From: Raillietiella orientalis
Taxonomy: Eukaryota
NCBI GenBank assembly: GCA_036172245.1
Contig: JAYWIR010000030.1
Span: forward strand, 620,001-684,000
Length of the DNA: 64,000 bases
Direction of reading: 5' to 3'
The position numbers and the translations under genes were made by a program. A model generated the notes under the pieces. The model was not told where the DNA came from, made no database searches, and saw only the letters and a program-made list of their open reading frames with translations. Below, in pieces: positions 1 through 11,529 of this stretch (positions are counted from its first letter, which is position 1; every line of letters begins with the position of its first letter).

Positions 1-1345
1 CTCCCTCCCTGCAGGCGCGGAAACTTCGATTCCTTTCTCGTCTATCAGATCAAACTGGAAAGCAGCACATCTGCACAGGCTGCACGAGGCGCAGCAGCAG
101 CTGCGGCAGCGACTTCCGCCGCCCACGGCGCACCGGCCGCAGCACGCTGTCACCTGTGAGAAGGAGCTGCCCGAGTCCATCGCGGACAACGCCAGCGATT
201 CTCTGCGAGTGAATGGAGTCCTTCTGCCCTTCAAACGGCTGCGAAAGCCACTGACCAGCCCTTCCATCCCCACGTCTCTGAAGGAGCGGAAGCGGGAGAG
301 CAGCGCAGAGGATGGCGGCGCCTCGCTAGTCGGAGTCAGCGCGGAGCAACCCGACTCCCGCGAAGAGAGGAAGCAGCAGCATCAGCAGGGACAGGCGAAG
401 ACAACCAAGCCGAACATGGGCAAAAGAAAGAAACTCCTCGAGAAGCAGAAGAGGATCAGTAACTACGTCCTGGTGATGGACATGTCCAGCATTGTCGTCA
501 TGGTCGTCGAGAACGAGCTGTCCAGAGCGAGCGTCTACAGCGGGCACATCAAGGTGGCGTTCACTAGCTTCTCTTGTCTGTGTGCTCTCCCCTGGTCACA
601 GTTATCCCTCTCTCTTCTCGCTTTCGCCTCCTTCCGAAGCTTATCCCGTTCCAGAGACTGCAGAGGGCCTTCTTTGGTGGGCGTCCAGGCACCAGAGTGG
701 TAGTCCACGCCCACGCTTCACATTGGTTGTGCAGTGAGATTCCTTCAGTGAAATTCCCTTGAGCCCCATAGTGAACCCGAACTGTCACAAGTGCGGAGAG
801 AGAGAATCCCTCCTGCACCTGCTTGTGGACTGTGTTGCCCTCTGGCCTCTATGGGAACGTTTAACCACGACCATAAACATCTCGGTTGGCAACCCCAGGG
901 ACGTGTTCATACTCCTCCTCGTGAGAGATGCACTGCGGCCGGCTGCTTCCTTAGCAGCTCTTTTCTGCACTCGCGGGATTGCGGCGGTCTGGAGCGGAGC
1001 GGATAGAGGACGGGATGGAAGGGACCCATGCAATTTGCTATCAGCTTTCTGCGTATAGCAGCCAGATTGACCACCTGACGAGCATGCAGATGGGACTTGC
1101 CAGCAAACTAGAAAGGATGGAGGACACCTCCAGACAGACTGTGATCCCATCCCGTGCATCCCTGAGTTTTTCTCCCTATTTATACGTATTAAGTCCTTTT
1201 TAGTTGCTTTGGGATTTTCACTTGTTCTCTACTCCCTCTGCTATTGAGACGGACCTCGCTGGTCTGCTCACTGGCACCTTTGCAGGTTTCTTTCTCATAT
1301 AGATGAGCGTGGTAGGACCACGTGTCTCATCACAACTTCTGCTAC
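1..1345 (+). mobile_element. Decayed L1/Tx1-like non-LTR retrotransposon fragment: possible ORF1 remnant, ORF2 C-terminal zinc-binding region and 3' UTR
   Basis: ORF 759..1058 has CHKCGERESLLHLLVDC, a CCHC/zf-RVT-type motif. A T-rich 3' UTR and the family hairpin (1309..1333) follow. The same motif recurs near 2.2, 7.1, 8.3 and 50.2 kb. The left boundary and ORF1 assignment are uncertain. Confidence 0.7.
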
Positions 1346-1959
1346 CTTTCTGCGTTTGCAGCGAACGCTACAGAGTGACTGGGTGGCAGTGAGCCCTACC
1401 GATCGCTGTAGGACGCTCAAGCTGGAGGGCAGCATTAGACATCGCTGCGGACACCGGCCAAGTTGAGCCATCGGAGTGGCAACAGATTCGCCACCTTGGA
1501 TGGGAGTGGAGTTTTCTCTTTTTCTGGTTCGCAAAGTACTCAGGAACATCCTTAAAAGAGTCACAAAACTTTCTGACATTGTCCACGTTCCCCGAGTGCG
1601 CGTGTGAATTCTCAGGCTGGGAAGCAACTTCGTAGGGACCACCCTATGAATCCAGGAAGATTCGGTGAAGGAGTCTGTTCCTCTTACTCTTAATAGGGAA
1701 CCCCAAAGGGGAACTCTTCCCTATTTCCTCCTGGGATCTTTGGTATCTTCGGAGGAAGTCACTCCTTATTTCTTCTCCGTGGTGAAACCGCAAGGGATCC
1801 GCTTCTCGTTTCCTCCTCTGAAGAGAATCCCGAAGGGACGCTTCTAAATTTCTCTGAAGGACTCTCCACGAAGAGAGCAAAGCACTTCTTGACACTCTAG
1901 AGAGTATCAATCCACCAGCTTCATGGTACGAGACAGAGTATCATGGAGTTGGTAGACAT

Positions 1960-2797
1960 ATTACGGCTCCATTCACACAACCGGAGGGGAACCCTGAATG
2001 AAACTGACTCCTTGAATCCCAGAAGGACCCCGGAGTCAACTTCCAACCCCAACCAGTCAACAGTGACATCCAGTTTTTACCAGATCTGCAGTGGCCCCTG
2101 GTGCTCATGAACATCCACACCCTCCCCTTAAAGAGGAAGTCGGCATTGATGCTACTGCACTGGGCCCTCCCTCGCAACGCCCTCCGCCATCATTAGACAC
2201 AGGGTGGAGGGGTGGCAAGGACTGTGTAAGGTGCGGGAGCGGGAATTCCTCCCGCACCTCCTAGTGGACTGTGTTGCTCTCCGTCCCTTTTGGAGACGCT
2301 TTGCCGCGACCCGTGGAACCCCCGGTGGCAAAGCCAGAGACGTTTGAAAGCGCCTCTTCCTGAGCGACTCCCTCAAGCCGGCCGCAACACTTTGCTGCCT
2401 ACGCGGGATGGTCGCTGCATGGAGCAATGCCAGACGAAAACAGGACAGGGACATCATCTATTTTGCTGTCCTCTTCATGAGTATAGCGCCAAGATGGCTC
2501 CATCTAAGAACCTTGAAACGGAAACTTGCCGGCATCCTTACAAGGATGCAGAGAACGCCCTCCAGCACACAGTGATCCCTTCCCAACCCCATCCCTCTCC
2601 CTCCCCCCCATTCTTTTGACTGTGTGTTTTTTGTTTTATTTTTTTCTCTTTTTGTTTGTCTCTCCTTCCCCTGTGCTACCGAGAGGAACTACACTGGCCT
2701 GTTTGCCAGATCCCGGCAGTTTCCTTCTCGTAGTTATAAGTAACGTGGCAGGATCAAGCGTCCTGCCACAGATGTATATGTTTATTCTATGAAGAAA
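1960..2797 (+). mobile_element. 5'-truncated L1/Tx1-like copy (ORF2 C-terminus plus 3' UTR)
   Basis: Frameshifted KDCVRCG/EREFLPHLLVDCVALRPFW at ~2218-2295. Shared end motif GGATGCAGAGAACGCCCTCCAGCACACAGTGATCCC, T-rich tract and hairpin at 2745..2769. Confidence 0.75.
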
Positions 2798-2976
2798 TGC
2801 CTCGACGTGACCGGGTATCAACCATTGCACCACATCCGAAGCCCACAGGCCAACCAGAGTCATCATGTGGGGAAGAATCGGAACCCACGACGTACTCATT
2901 CCTCGGTGTCGATCCTTCCTCGGGTGGGATTCGAACCCGCAACGCTTGGTGACACGCACGTAGCCACACAGCCTCC
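2798..2976 (-). mobile_element. tRNA-derived SINE-like element
   Basis: The minus strand has a Pol III B box GGTTCGAATCCC (2926..2937) and an A-box-like GTGTGGCTA upstream. There is no complete cloverleaf, and a non-tRNA body of ~120 bp follows. Confidence 0.55.
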
Positions 2977-3899
2977 AACGCAGGCACAGGAGAGTCTGTA
3001 GCACTCGCTCAACAGATTACTCCTCAGAGGTTGGGGTGACTTTGCTATCTCAGGTATCCTGCATCCCTTAGGGGGCTGCAGCATCCTCTTGGATGGCAGA
3101 GCGCTTCGTCAACAAGACGCGAAGAGATGGAACGGCTGTGGTAAAATCGGTGCGTGCTGTAGCAGGCAAGACAACATCATGCGCACAACGATGAGCAGGT
3201 GGAAGGTGAACAGCAAGGTCGGACGGAAAGGCAGGAAATAAAGAGGAAGTGGATATCTTTGGACTGATCTTCTTACTTGGACGTAGCAGTTTCGTCAGCC
3301 TGGATGGTAGCATAAATTCCCGGAGAGATCTGAAACGCTTGGCGCCTGTTCATGACTAAGCTCTTCTGCTTCCTCCATTTCCATTCTTTATGCCCGTGTT
3401 TCAGAAACCAGGTGGGATCTGGAGTCGTTGACAATGTGGGATTGCTTTTGACTTTCAAGCAGGGACATGACCAAGCGTAAGTGACGTAAGTGGCCAAGAC
3501 CTAAGTTCCAAACACCTTTTCCAGCAAGCAGTCAGTCATCATTAGCTGAACCTGGAAACTCACGGATATACGGACGCATAAGAAACAGCATCCTCTTGCC
3601 GAAGATCCGTGTTGAGAAGTATTGTTCTTTCCGCTTTGGACCATTCCCTAAAAGGAGCATCGACAGCGCTTGAGCAGGGAGGAGACTCCTTCACTATCCG
3701 CGCCAGGTGCACTGGAACGGCGAGATCGCTCCGGCAACTCACTGATGGATTTCAGAGTGCTTCGTCCCTTGGATGCACACTTTCTAAGTGCTTTCTCCTT
3801 CCAATAAGGGCAGATCCTTGAAAGATAATTCGAACCCGTTGCGATCAGCCCAAAGTTATTCGAATTCACGAAGAGTTTCCGGGTCCGCGGAGGGAATCC

Positions 3900-5100
3900 G
3901 TTGATTCTATTCTAAATAAAGTCCTCCGTCCACAAGGACGAGGTGGTAGCAGCACGCACCTGTTTTGGCTGTAGAGGTTATTCCACAGTTATCCAAGCAG
4001 GATTGCACTATGTAGGGAACCTCAATTGATTCAACGAGTCACTCGCGGTTTATCCTCGTTTCGGCATGGACTCAGTCGTGCACAGTCCAATCCTTGGATG
4101 AAACGCGGATACGCCTATTGGCAGGATCAACTAGATAGACGCACCCCTGCGCGAGCTGCCATTCGCAAGCCGACGACCAACCTCGAAACATTTGGGCTCC
4201 TGCACGCATCATCCTTTGGAGATGCGCTGACAACGAAGGATGGCTCTCGTTGCTATCCAGCACCCGTTACAGTTGCTGCTCTCTCTGGAAAACTCTAGGG
4301 AAAGAGACCTCCCGTCAAGATGGGAAGTATCCTGCCGTATCCAAGGCAGGAAAAAACTTTTAAGCGCGTGGACAGCTCGGCAGCTTGAGGAAACTGAGAC
4401 CCTGAGTGTCCCACCGAAAGACTTCTACGCTGGGGAGAGCTGTTCACGATACCTCCGGAGGAAGTGAGACGGGCCACAGCATGTTTGGGCAGTAGCACTA
4501 TCCCCCTGAAGCAACAAGAGGTGGCGTTGTTAGGGTTGCAATCCCATGCAAAGCACACCTCCATCATTGGACACTTGGGAGTGTGGATGCCAATTGCGAA
4601 AGTTGAAGAGAGGAGACCTTCCCGCACTAATTAATAGACCGTGTTGCCCTCCGAGTCCTTTCGGATCGGCTCTGGTTGATTTTTAAAATTCCGGTAGGCG
4701 ACTCCAAAGACATCTTCCGGAGTCTGTCCATGCGTGACACCAGCCGCATCTCTAGCAGTTCTCTGCTGTGTACGCAGAATCGAGGCAAGTTGGAACGCCA
4801 GAAGAAGAGGCTACAATAGTAGGGATACCATTTACTGGGCGGAATTCTCCGTATCAGAGGATGCAGAGGATGTCTCCAGGCGAACAGTGATCCCTTCCCT
4901 ACCCTACCCTAAGAAACTCTTGCCCCCCTTTTTTGTCTTTTTGTTCGTTTTGGTTTGGTTTTTCCTTCCCCTTCGCCGCTGGAGCAGACTTCACTGGTCT
5001 GCGTACCGGTTTTTGGCAAGTCTTTCGCTCGTGGTACGACCAAGTGTTCTACCACGATTTTGTAAACACAGCGCCTTTCATTATATTTTTTAATAATAAT
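3900..5100 (+). mobile_element. 5'-truncated L1/Tx1-like copy
   Basis: KDFYAGESC (ORF 4240..4467) matches KDCYAGESC in the 7.4-8.6 kb copy. Shared end motif GGATGCAGAGGATGTCTCCAGGCGAACAGTGATCCC, T-rich UTR, hairpin 5031..5055 and a (TAA)n tail. Confidence 0.7.
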
Positions 5101-5199
5101 ACCCTGCCTCAATGGGTGATAAACCATAACCTTGGGAAGTGGTGATGCAGGACACAGCAAAGCAGCAAACCCGGACCACCACACCTATTGCCGCAACGC

Positions 5200-5780
5200 T
5201 GTCTGCCCTGAAGGCAAGCGACGACAGCTACCAACTGGCGAGGTGGGAGTTTCCCTACACCGTTGCAGGAAAGGCAAAACTCCTCGGCTCTGGGAGCAGT
5301 GCGAGTGGTAGATGCTGCCACTCCGCGTACTCTGGAGACGGGACTCCTTCGGTGGAATCAACCTCCAAGTGTTGCACCTGAATAACTTGTTCTCCCATCC
5401 CAATGTCTGGATGATTCTGTTTTCCTGCTCTCCTGGAAACAGGCTGTGCTGCTGTTCTTTCTGCACTGGGAATTCCAATGCAACGAGCACTAGCAAGGGT
5501 TGCATCTCCGAACTGTGCCAGGTGTGGGTAGGCGGAGTAGATCTTGTACCTGCTTTTATACTGCGGTGTCTTCCAGGAACTGTGGGGGGAGGCTGGCGTC
5601 AGCGCTTCTTCACAAGGAGGACACCTACTGAGACATGCTGCGACGGTTCTTCGCGCTGGGAGGACTAACATGATGGAAGAGGTGATGGCAACCATGGAGG
5701 TGTCATCGTCACGGCCCACCACATGCTGGAGATATTGATGCAACGAAGGGAGGTCACCAGGTTGGCAGCCGCCTACATGA
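5200..5780 (-). mobile_element. Decayed RTE-like LINE reverse transcriptase C-terminal remnant
   Basis: Translated pieces YLQHVVGRDDD, RRTVAACLS, WKTPQYKSRYKIYSAY and RIIQTLGWENK resemble RTE-clade motifs YLGS.I..DG, WK...SLKTKLRIY and RCLRRILGI.W.DK. Confidence 0.4.
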
Positions 5781-5789
5781 GGACGGCTT

Positions 5790-6600
5790 CACGATGGTCT
5801 CACCTGCAAGAGGAATTTAAGGAGGAAATCTCCAGCATCCAGAGATGGTTCTGAAGTGAAGGAACGGCGAGCACCGGCGGCCCTTGTTCCCAGCCTTTCC
5901 GGCGTGACCGGGTGAAGAATGAACCTCGAAGCCTCAGGCATCGTCTTCACGTGTCGCGACACGAAACTCCTTGATGAAGGTCTTCCTCCGCCTAGGGATG
6001 CATCGAGCAAAGAGGGCTGTGGGAACCCATTCATGCCCGCGTGCCTTCTCGGAAAGTTTTCGGGAGAGATCTTCAAGGGTAGATACGAGAAAGCTTCCGA
6101 AGGTGAAAATAGCCTCTGGGAGGAACGCGCCTTCCGAAGGGCTCCACGATCGGCGGCGAACTCTGCTGAGCACTTCCGCCGTCGCGGCTGAGGGCTCGCC
6201 AAGCACCACCCCAACATCGGCAAGAGGACGAGAGGAGTCCGCCCTCCCTGGCGAACCGCGAGAGCTCTGAGGCGAGGTTGCGATCACTTGGGGATCGCCC
6301 TTTGGATCATCGGGAGGTCCCAAGTCCCCTTGATGAACTTCTGAGTCTCCACTTTGGGAATAGAGGGCTTGGCCTCCCGATGATGGAAAGAATGGAACAT
6401 CAAAACCAGACAAGAAGACTCTCCCTGGTTGCAACGTCGTGAATGATGGCGCCTCGCTGCTCCCCTTCATGCTTTTTCTCCAAGAGAGCAGCAGACTGGG
6501 ACGATCTGACATCGTTCCTCATCGGCAGTCACCAAAGTTCGACCCGCGCCGTATCTCAACTTCGGCTTATGGTTGCCTTGGTAAATCTTCACCCAGACTC
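5790..6600 (-). mobile_element. L1/Tx1-like ORF2 fragment (end of APE endonuclease and linker)
   Basis: ORF 5934..6512 starts SDRPSLLLS (degenerate SDH motif) and contains PTALFARCIPRRRKTFIKEF, resembling the Tx1 linker EK.T..FF....RR.K..I.EL. Confidence 0.5.
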
Positions 6601-6609
6601 ACCGGGACA

Positions 6610-7420
6610 TTTATTTATTAAAAGCAAACAGTACAAAGGTGGTAGAACAGCTGCCCCTACCACATCCAGACAGTGAGAAACCTGCCGAGGATCGGAACGA
6701 TGAGCCAACTGGCGGGAATGGACTCGGCTGCAGAGGGAAGGGGAGCAAGCAAAAGAAAGTAAGAAAAAATGAAAATAACAAGAAAATAATTTTGGCGGGC
6801 ACAGGAAGGGATCACTGCTGGAGGCCGCTTTCTGCGTCCCTGTCGAGAATGCCGGAAAGTTCCTGCCACATTTTCCTCAGGTGAGGCCATCTCGTTGCCC
6901 TCTGCAAGAAACGTTGCGCTAACTGGATGGCATCGTTTGCGCGACCTCCTCCCTGTGGTCGCGCCAGGCCGAAACAATCCCGCACAGGCAGCCAAGAGTT
7001 TCTGAGGACTCTGCTGGGAGCAGTGTGTCGCGCACGAAGAGGAGCTTCCGTGTTTCTTTGGAGTCACCACGCGGAATCCTGAGCGTCGTCGTCACGAAAC
7101 GTTTCTGCAACGGGTCGCAGGGCAACGGGTCCTACGAGCAGGTATGGGAGGGATTCGCTTTCCCCACCTGCTGCATGCAGTTCAGGTGCACTTCCTCCTC
7201 CCCGGATCCAGTAACGTCGGCGGGTGTTGCATGGAAGGCTTCGGCGCAGCGGCAGAAGCGCTGATACTCGCCATTCGGGAGGGAGGGGGCAGTTGTTTAG
7301 GATTGCTAGGGGCCCACTCAAGATCTTCAAGGGTAATTCCCAGAAGCTCGCCCCAGAGCGGAAGATTTCCCCTGTCTGCGAAGGGGCACGAACGTCCATC
7401 TGCCGTTGCAGGATACCTTA
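6610..7420 (-). mobile_element. 5'-truncated L1/Tx1-like copy, reverse orientation
   Basis: ORF 7064..7399 has LPCNTRRR...GESESLPYLLVGPVALRP. The shared end motif (..CCTCCAGCAGTGATCCC) is present on the minus strand, with hairpin 6639..6663 and an AATAAATAAA tail. Confidence 0.7.
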
Positions 7421-7429
7421 ACAACAGTT

Positions 7430-8640
7430 CATCGTTGGGCTTCATTTACCTCATAGGCCTCAGCCCCTGCGACCATCCAAAAGAGGACCTCCTTAGAAAA
7501 GCCCTGATAGAACGCAGGGAAGTCCAGAGTCCGTTTAAAGGACCTTTGCTCTCCACGTAAGGATGGTGGACTGGATATCCTAACGCTGGAGAGAATAAAG
7601 CGTATCAACTCCCATTCCTCAGACTCACCCTTGCGTCCGAACAGCGGGACACACCTTGGTACGCACCGGACCGAATCCTCGCCAAGCGAGCAACCGTCTT
7701 CGGTCGTCGTGGCCACCGAGCGAAGTGTTAGCCATCTTGGCTCTCAGCTTCGATAAATAGTTCCCTCGGTGTAACGTAATCCCTGGATCACCGTCCTCCC
7801 CTCGAACTGGGCTTCCTGGCTGCAGGAGCCCGTTTCCACATGGGCGATATCGGTGTCACGAGCGAGGGAGAGTGCATCTGCCTACGAAACCGCAGATACG
7901 CTCGCCAGTCACCTTGGGAGATCCTGGATGACACCGGGAATCTGCTTTGGACGTCGTCCACCCCTTTCGCTCCAGTACTGCCCTCTCTACGGGAAGCAAG
8001 GGACAGCGGTGGAAGGTGACGTGCGTAACAAGAAAAAACATCTGGATGCGCGGACAACTCGGCAGCTGGCGGACGCTGCCACACCGAGTGTTCCATCCAA
8101 AGGACTGCTACGCTGGGGAGAGCTGCTACAAATTCCTGCTACGATTTCCCGATGAGATGAAGCGGCCCCCATGGTGGCACCCTTTTCCTCAAGTGGCAGG
8201 CGTTGGGGCTGCTGTTCTTCGTGCATTGGGGAATCCCATGCAAAGCGTGACCTCACCACGGGACAGGGGAGAGGGTAGGTGCAGAATGCGACAAGTGCGT
8301 GGAGAAGGAGACTCTCCCGCAGCTGCTCATGGATTGTGTTACTCTCCTTTCCATGTGGGAACGCTTTGCTGCGTCCCTGCAGAACCCCGAGGGCAACCCC
8401 AGAGAGGTTCTGAAGCGCCTCTTCCTGCCGCATCCCCAGCAGCTCTTTGCTGCTGCCTACGCGGGATCGTGGCGTCCTGGAGCTACGCGAGAGGAGGACG
8501 GCACGACAGGTACGCCATCTGCTTCACCTGGTGCTTCCTGAGGACGCAGCAAGATGGCCCCATCTGGGACATACACTCAGATGGAACTTGCCAGCATTTT
8601 GGAAAGGATGCAGAGAACGCTCATCAGCACCTGCTATCCT
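7430..8640 (+). mobile_element. L1/Tx1-like ORF2 C-terminal half, lacking the 3' UTR
   Basis: RVRLKDLCSPRKDGGLDIL at ~7527-7583 matches the post-RT L.LPK.EGGLG motif. Also KDCYAGESCYKFL and ECDKC-EKETLPQLLMDC (zinc-binding region). Confidence 0.75.
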
Positions 8641-9480
8641 CTCGATCTCTCGCGCGTGTTCTGCTGAGATCTGGTGAACCTCCTGCAGAAGCACGAGGTC
8701 GAAGAGTTGCAGGGAGACAGCTGTGTCTCGTCTCCTGCCGTTGTCGCATAGCCCCTTGATGTTCCAGCTAGCAACGCGTAGTCGATGGCAGGTAGCGAAT
8801 CCCGGCATTGCTGATGCGAAATTGATGCTGTGGCGGGAGCCGCAGCATCAATTTCGGGAGGGGTGCTGCTCGAGGACACCGAGGCTGAGGACATCTCGGC
8901 GACTCTTTTCTCCTCCATAGGCTCCACCGCGTCCGAGCGTGGGAGAGTATCAGGAGACGAGTCCTGAGCTCCCACGTTCGCCGCACCCTCGTTTCCGGAG
9001 GATTCCCCTTCTTCGGAAGAGTCGATCCTCCTAGAATTCCTGAACTTCCGTCCAGGCTTACGCAGGGGTGCAGACGCGGATGGTGAGCTTCCGACCACTG
9101 GGTCGGAGTCCGAGGTCTCGGGCCCCTTCCTGGGGACCGGACGTCTGTCGGCCTTCTTGGCTGCCTTAGCGGACTGCCGTAGCATGGCGGCCAGCTCTTC
9201 TGCCGCTTTGGCGATGGCCTCGTCCTCGCGGCTCTCCCCCTCACCGCAACCCTCGCTGACTGTCTTCACTGTCGCGGGGCTGTGGGCGTTGCTGTACACG
9301 ACAACGTCCATTTTGCAAGGCTTTGAGGTGACGGGAATGCTCTGCAGGTTGAGCGTGCATTTTTAAGTCCTGAAATCGCGTTTTTCGCGGTTTCTTTGGA
9401 GGTCGATTTATTTTTGTTCTTATTTTTCTTTTTATAGCTGACCATTTGCCATCCAGGTTCCACTCCACTCCTTCCACTTC
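8640..9480 (-). mobile_element. L1/Tx1-like ORF1 C-terminus and ORF2 start (APE endonuclease N-terminus)
   Basis: ORF 8524..8808 contains LRVASWNIKGL...FDLVLLQEVH, the APE motifs I and II. It is overlapped upstream by a low-complexity ORF1-like tail (ORF 8634..9311). Confidence 0.8.
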
Positions 9481-9599
9481 AGCAGCTGCGTTTCCACAGG
9501 AGATGTAGCAGCTAGGAGGAGAAAACAGGAAAAATACAAGTAGCCCTCCAGCTAGACAGAGGGGGAGCAACGCAGGGTGCATGCTTTCATGGTTGCCTC

Positions 9600-10340
9600 T
9601 CTGGGAGCCTGGGACTCAGGTAACGAGGAAGTGCTACAGGATCTTGCAATTTCAAAAGGAAGTTTGGGAACGATTAGGCACCGGATGGTAGCTTAGTGCA
9701 TCCATAACTCCAGCGACATCTGTGCAGCCCACATCACACGGAAGACTGACAGTCAGATACAGCCGAAAAACACCAACGATCAGCTCTCGCGAAATGGAGG
9801 ACAGGAAGCTGAGGAAGCAGTATGATGAGAGACGACGAGCACTTCAGATGAATAGGGGAAGAATCCCGGAAGAATGTCAAGAGCCCACCTGTGACATGTA
9901 TCTTCCAGGAACAACGTAACTCTGTTGCGGACGGATTGTGGATTCCGCTACTCCGTCCAAATCGCTCAGCTTGGAGTGCCGCTTAGCGACCCTGTCTACC
10001 AAGGTAATCTGACCCCAACTGTCTGTGCTGAGAAAGTCTGTTCCCTCAAGGAGGGGACGTGCTTTTGCTGACCAGAACGAGGCGGATGAGTGTGTAGCAG
10101 ACATAAAATGAAGTCGACCCAGTTAATATAGCAAAGCCGGCTTGTAGCTTCCGGTCACGAAGGGCTTTAATTCTGCTTTTGAGACCAGGATCTCCGCGGC
10201 AGCGACCAAGCTCCATGACCTCCCTCTGCTGGAGGTCTGTGTTGGGGAGGTTGATTCCTTCACTTCCATGAGTGGGAAAGAGGCTCTCCCCCCCATTCCC
10301 CAAAGTTCTTTGGCAGTGCCTTCAGGCATTCCTGCCATGC
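9600..10340 (-). mobile_element. Decayed L1/Tx1-like reverse transcriptase fragment
   Basis: ORF 9877..10104 has SWGQITLVDRVAK (compare NWRPITLLN.DYK) and IRPQQSYVVPGR (compare IHPDQT..VPGR). Confidence 0.55.
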
Positions 10341-10589
10341 TAACATCGCCGATTCAAGGCCCTTGACGGCAGTAATTCAACCGAGCGCAGAAAAAAAAAA
10401 AAAAAACACGTCCGGACTGTGGAAGCTCACTATTACTGCCCCGCGGGGGCGTTTCTCTCTTAAACACGAAAATAAGCAAAGTAGGGCAAAGAAAAGCGTA
10501 AACTCGAACTGTGCCAGGCACGCTGAGGTGGAATGCTTCCCGTTTCTGTTGGTGGATCGTGTTACCATCCGTCGCTTGTGAGTGCATTT

Positions 10590-11510
10590 CTTAACGCACT
10601 TCCAGGTCCCGAAGCTGGAGGCTTTCCCATTCGTGCGTAGAGCAATGCCGCCTGCCGGGGCGATAGCAGCACGGCTGCCGTCGCCAATCGTGCGCTCCTT
10701 TTGTCTGTTCATCCACTACTGTGCAGCCACCACCAACCTCCCATACCCTCTTCCACCAGAGGGGCGGCATGCATGCATGGAACCGTTTCAGAAGGAAACT
10801 TTCTTCCTTCTTCATTGCATCATATTTTTCAGCTAACGTCTCAGCGTAACCAGGCCAAAATATTGATGGAGCTTCATAAGTGGGAGCACCCATAAGCTTT
10901 TCAGTAACATGAGCTCGATATCCTTGAACAGGTCTTCTGACTTGACAGAACCTTGGATCCGAATCAAGTGAAGCACACCCTCAAAAACATTCATTCCACT
11001 TCTCCGTCCACACCACCACCCCCACCCAATAAAAACTGACAACTGAGCTGCATGCGTGACACAAGTGCCCATCGGTTGCCAGGAAAGGAAAGGAAACTTT
11101 TGCACTCCTCAGATATGGGGTCGATTAAACTAGCCGTCGGCTCTTCCACACTTTCAGGTACAGTTCTGTGGGCAACTTGGGTCTGACTAGTGGGAGAAGG
11201 ATAAGTCGGGATGAAGCCAACCTATGCGAGCTTAGAATCACAACAACTGTGACCAACTGTGCATCCTTTAACAGATTCTGCAACTCGCTCGCTCGATTGC
11301 GCAGCTTCCGCCATACGATATTTTGATTTTGATCCCGACGTTTTTCGTTGACTGCCGCTGTGCTCCAGCTTGTTTCGAACTCCCTTTCATGTTTCGAGAT
11401 TCACACGTGATACTTTTGAACGCGTTCTGTGACAAAATGCCTCTACACGTTGCATTTTCCCATGCATGAAGCTGAATTACGGGAGAGTAACACAACTTTC
11501 CCATTTATTT
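10590..11510 (-). mobile_element. Decayed hAT transposase (SPIN/Charlie/GTF2IRD2-like)
   Basis: FLSWQPMGTCVTHAAQLSVFIG (compare FSLALDESTD.TDTAQLA.FIRG), EGVLHLIRIQGSVKSEDLF (compare EELL.L..LKGTTTGEDIF) and GLVTL. Multiple stops and frameshifts. Confidence 0.6.
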
Positions 11511-11529
11511 CTATGGAGAAAAACTATCC

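Noticed and set aside
2915..2976. tRNA gene
   Set aside because: Only the B box is clear; I could not fold acceptor and anticodon arms. Treated as a SINE head.
1..10400. GC-rich, ORF-dense block as a bacterial HGT island or operon
   Set aside because: The recognisable motifs are all LINE ORF1/ORF2 pieces with stops and frameshifts. The many overlapping ORFs are a GC-content artefact.
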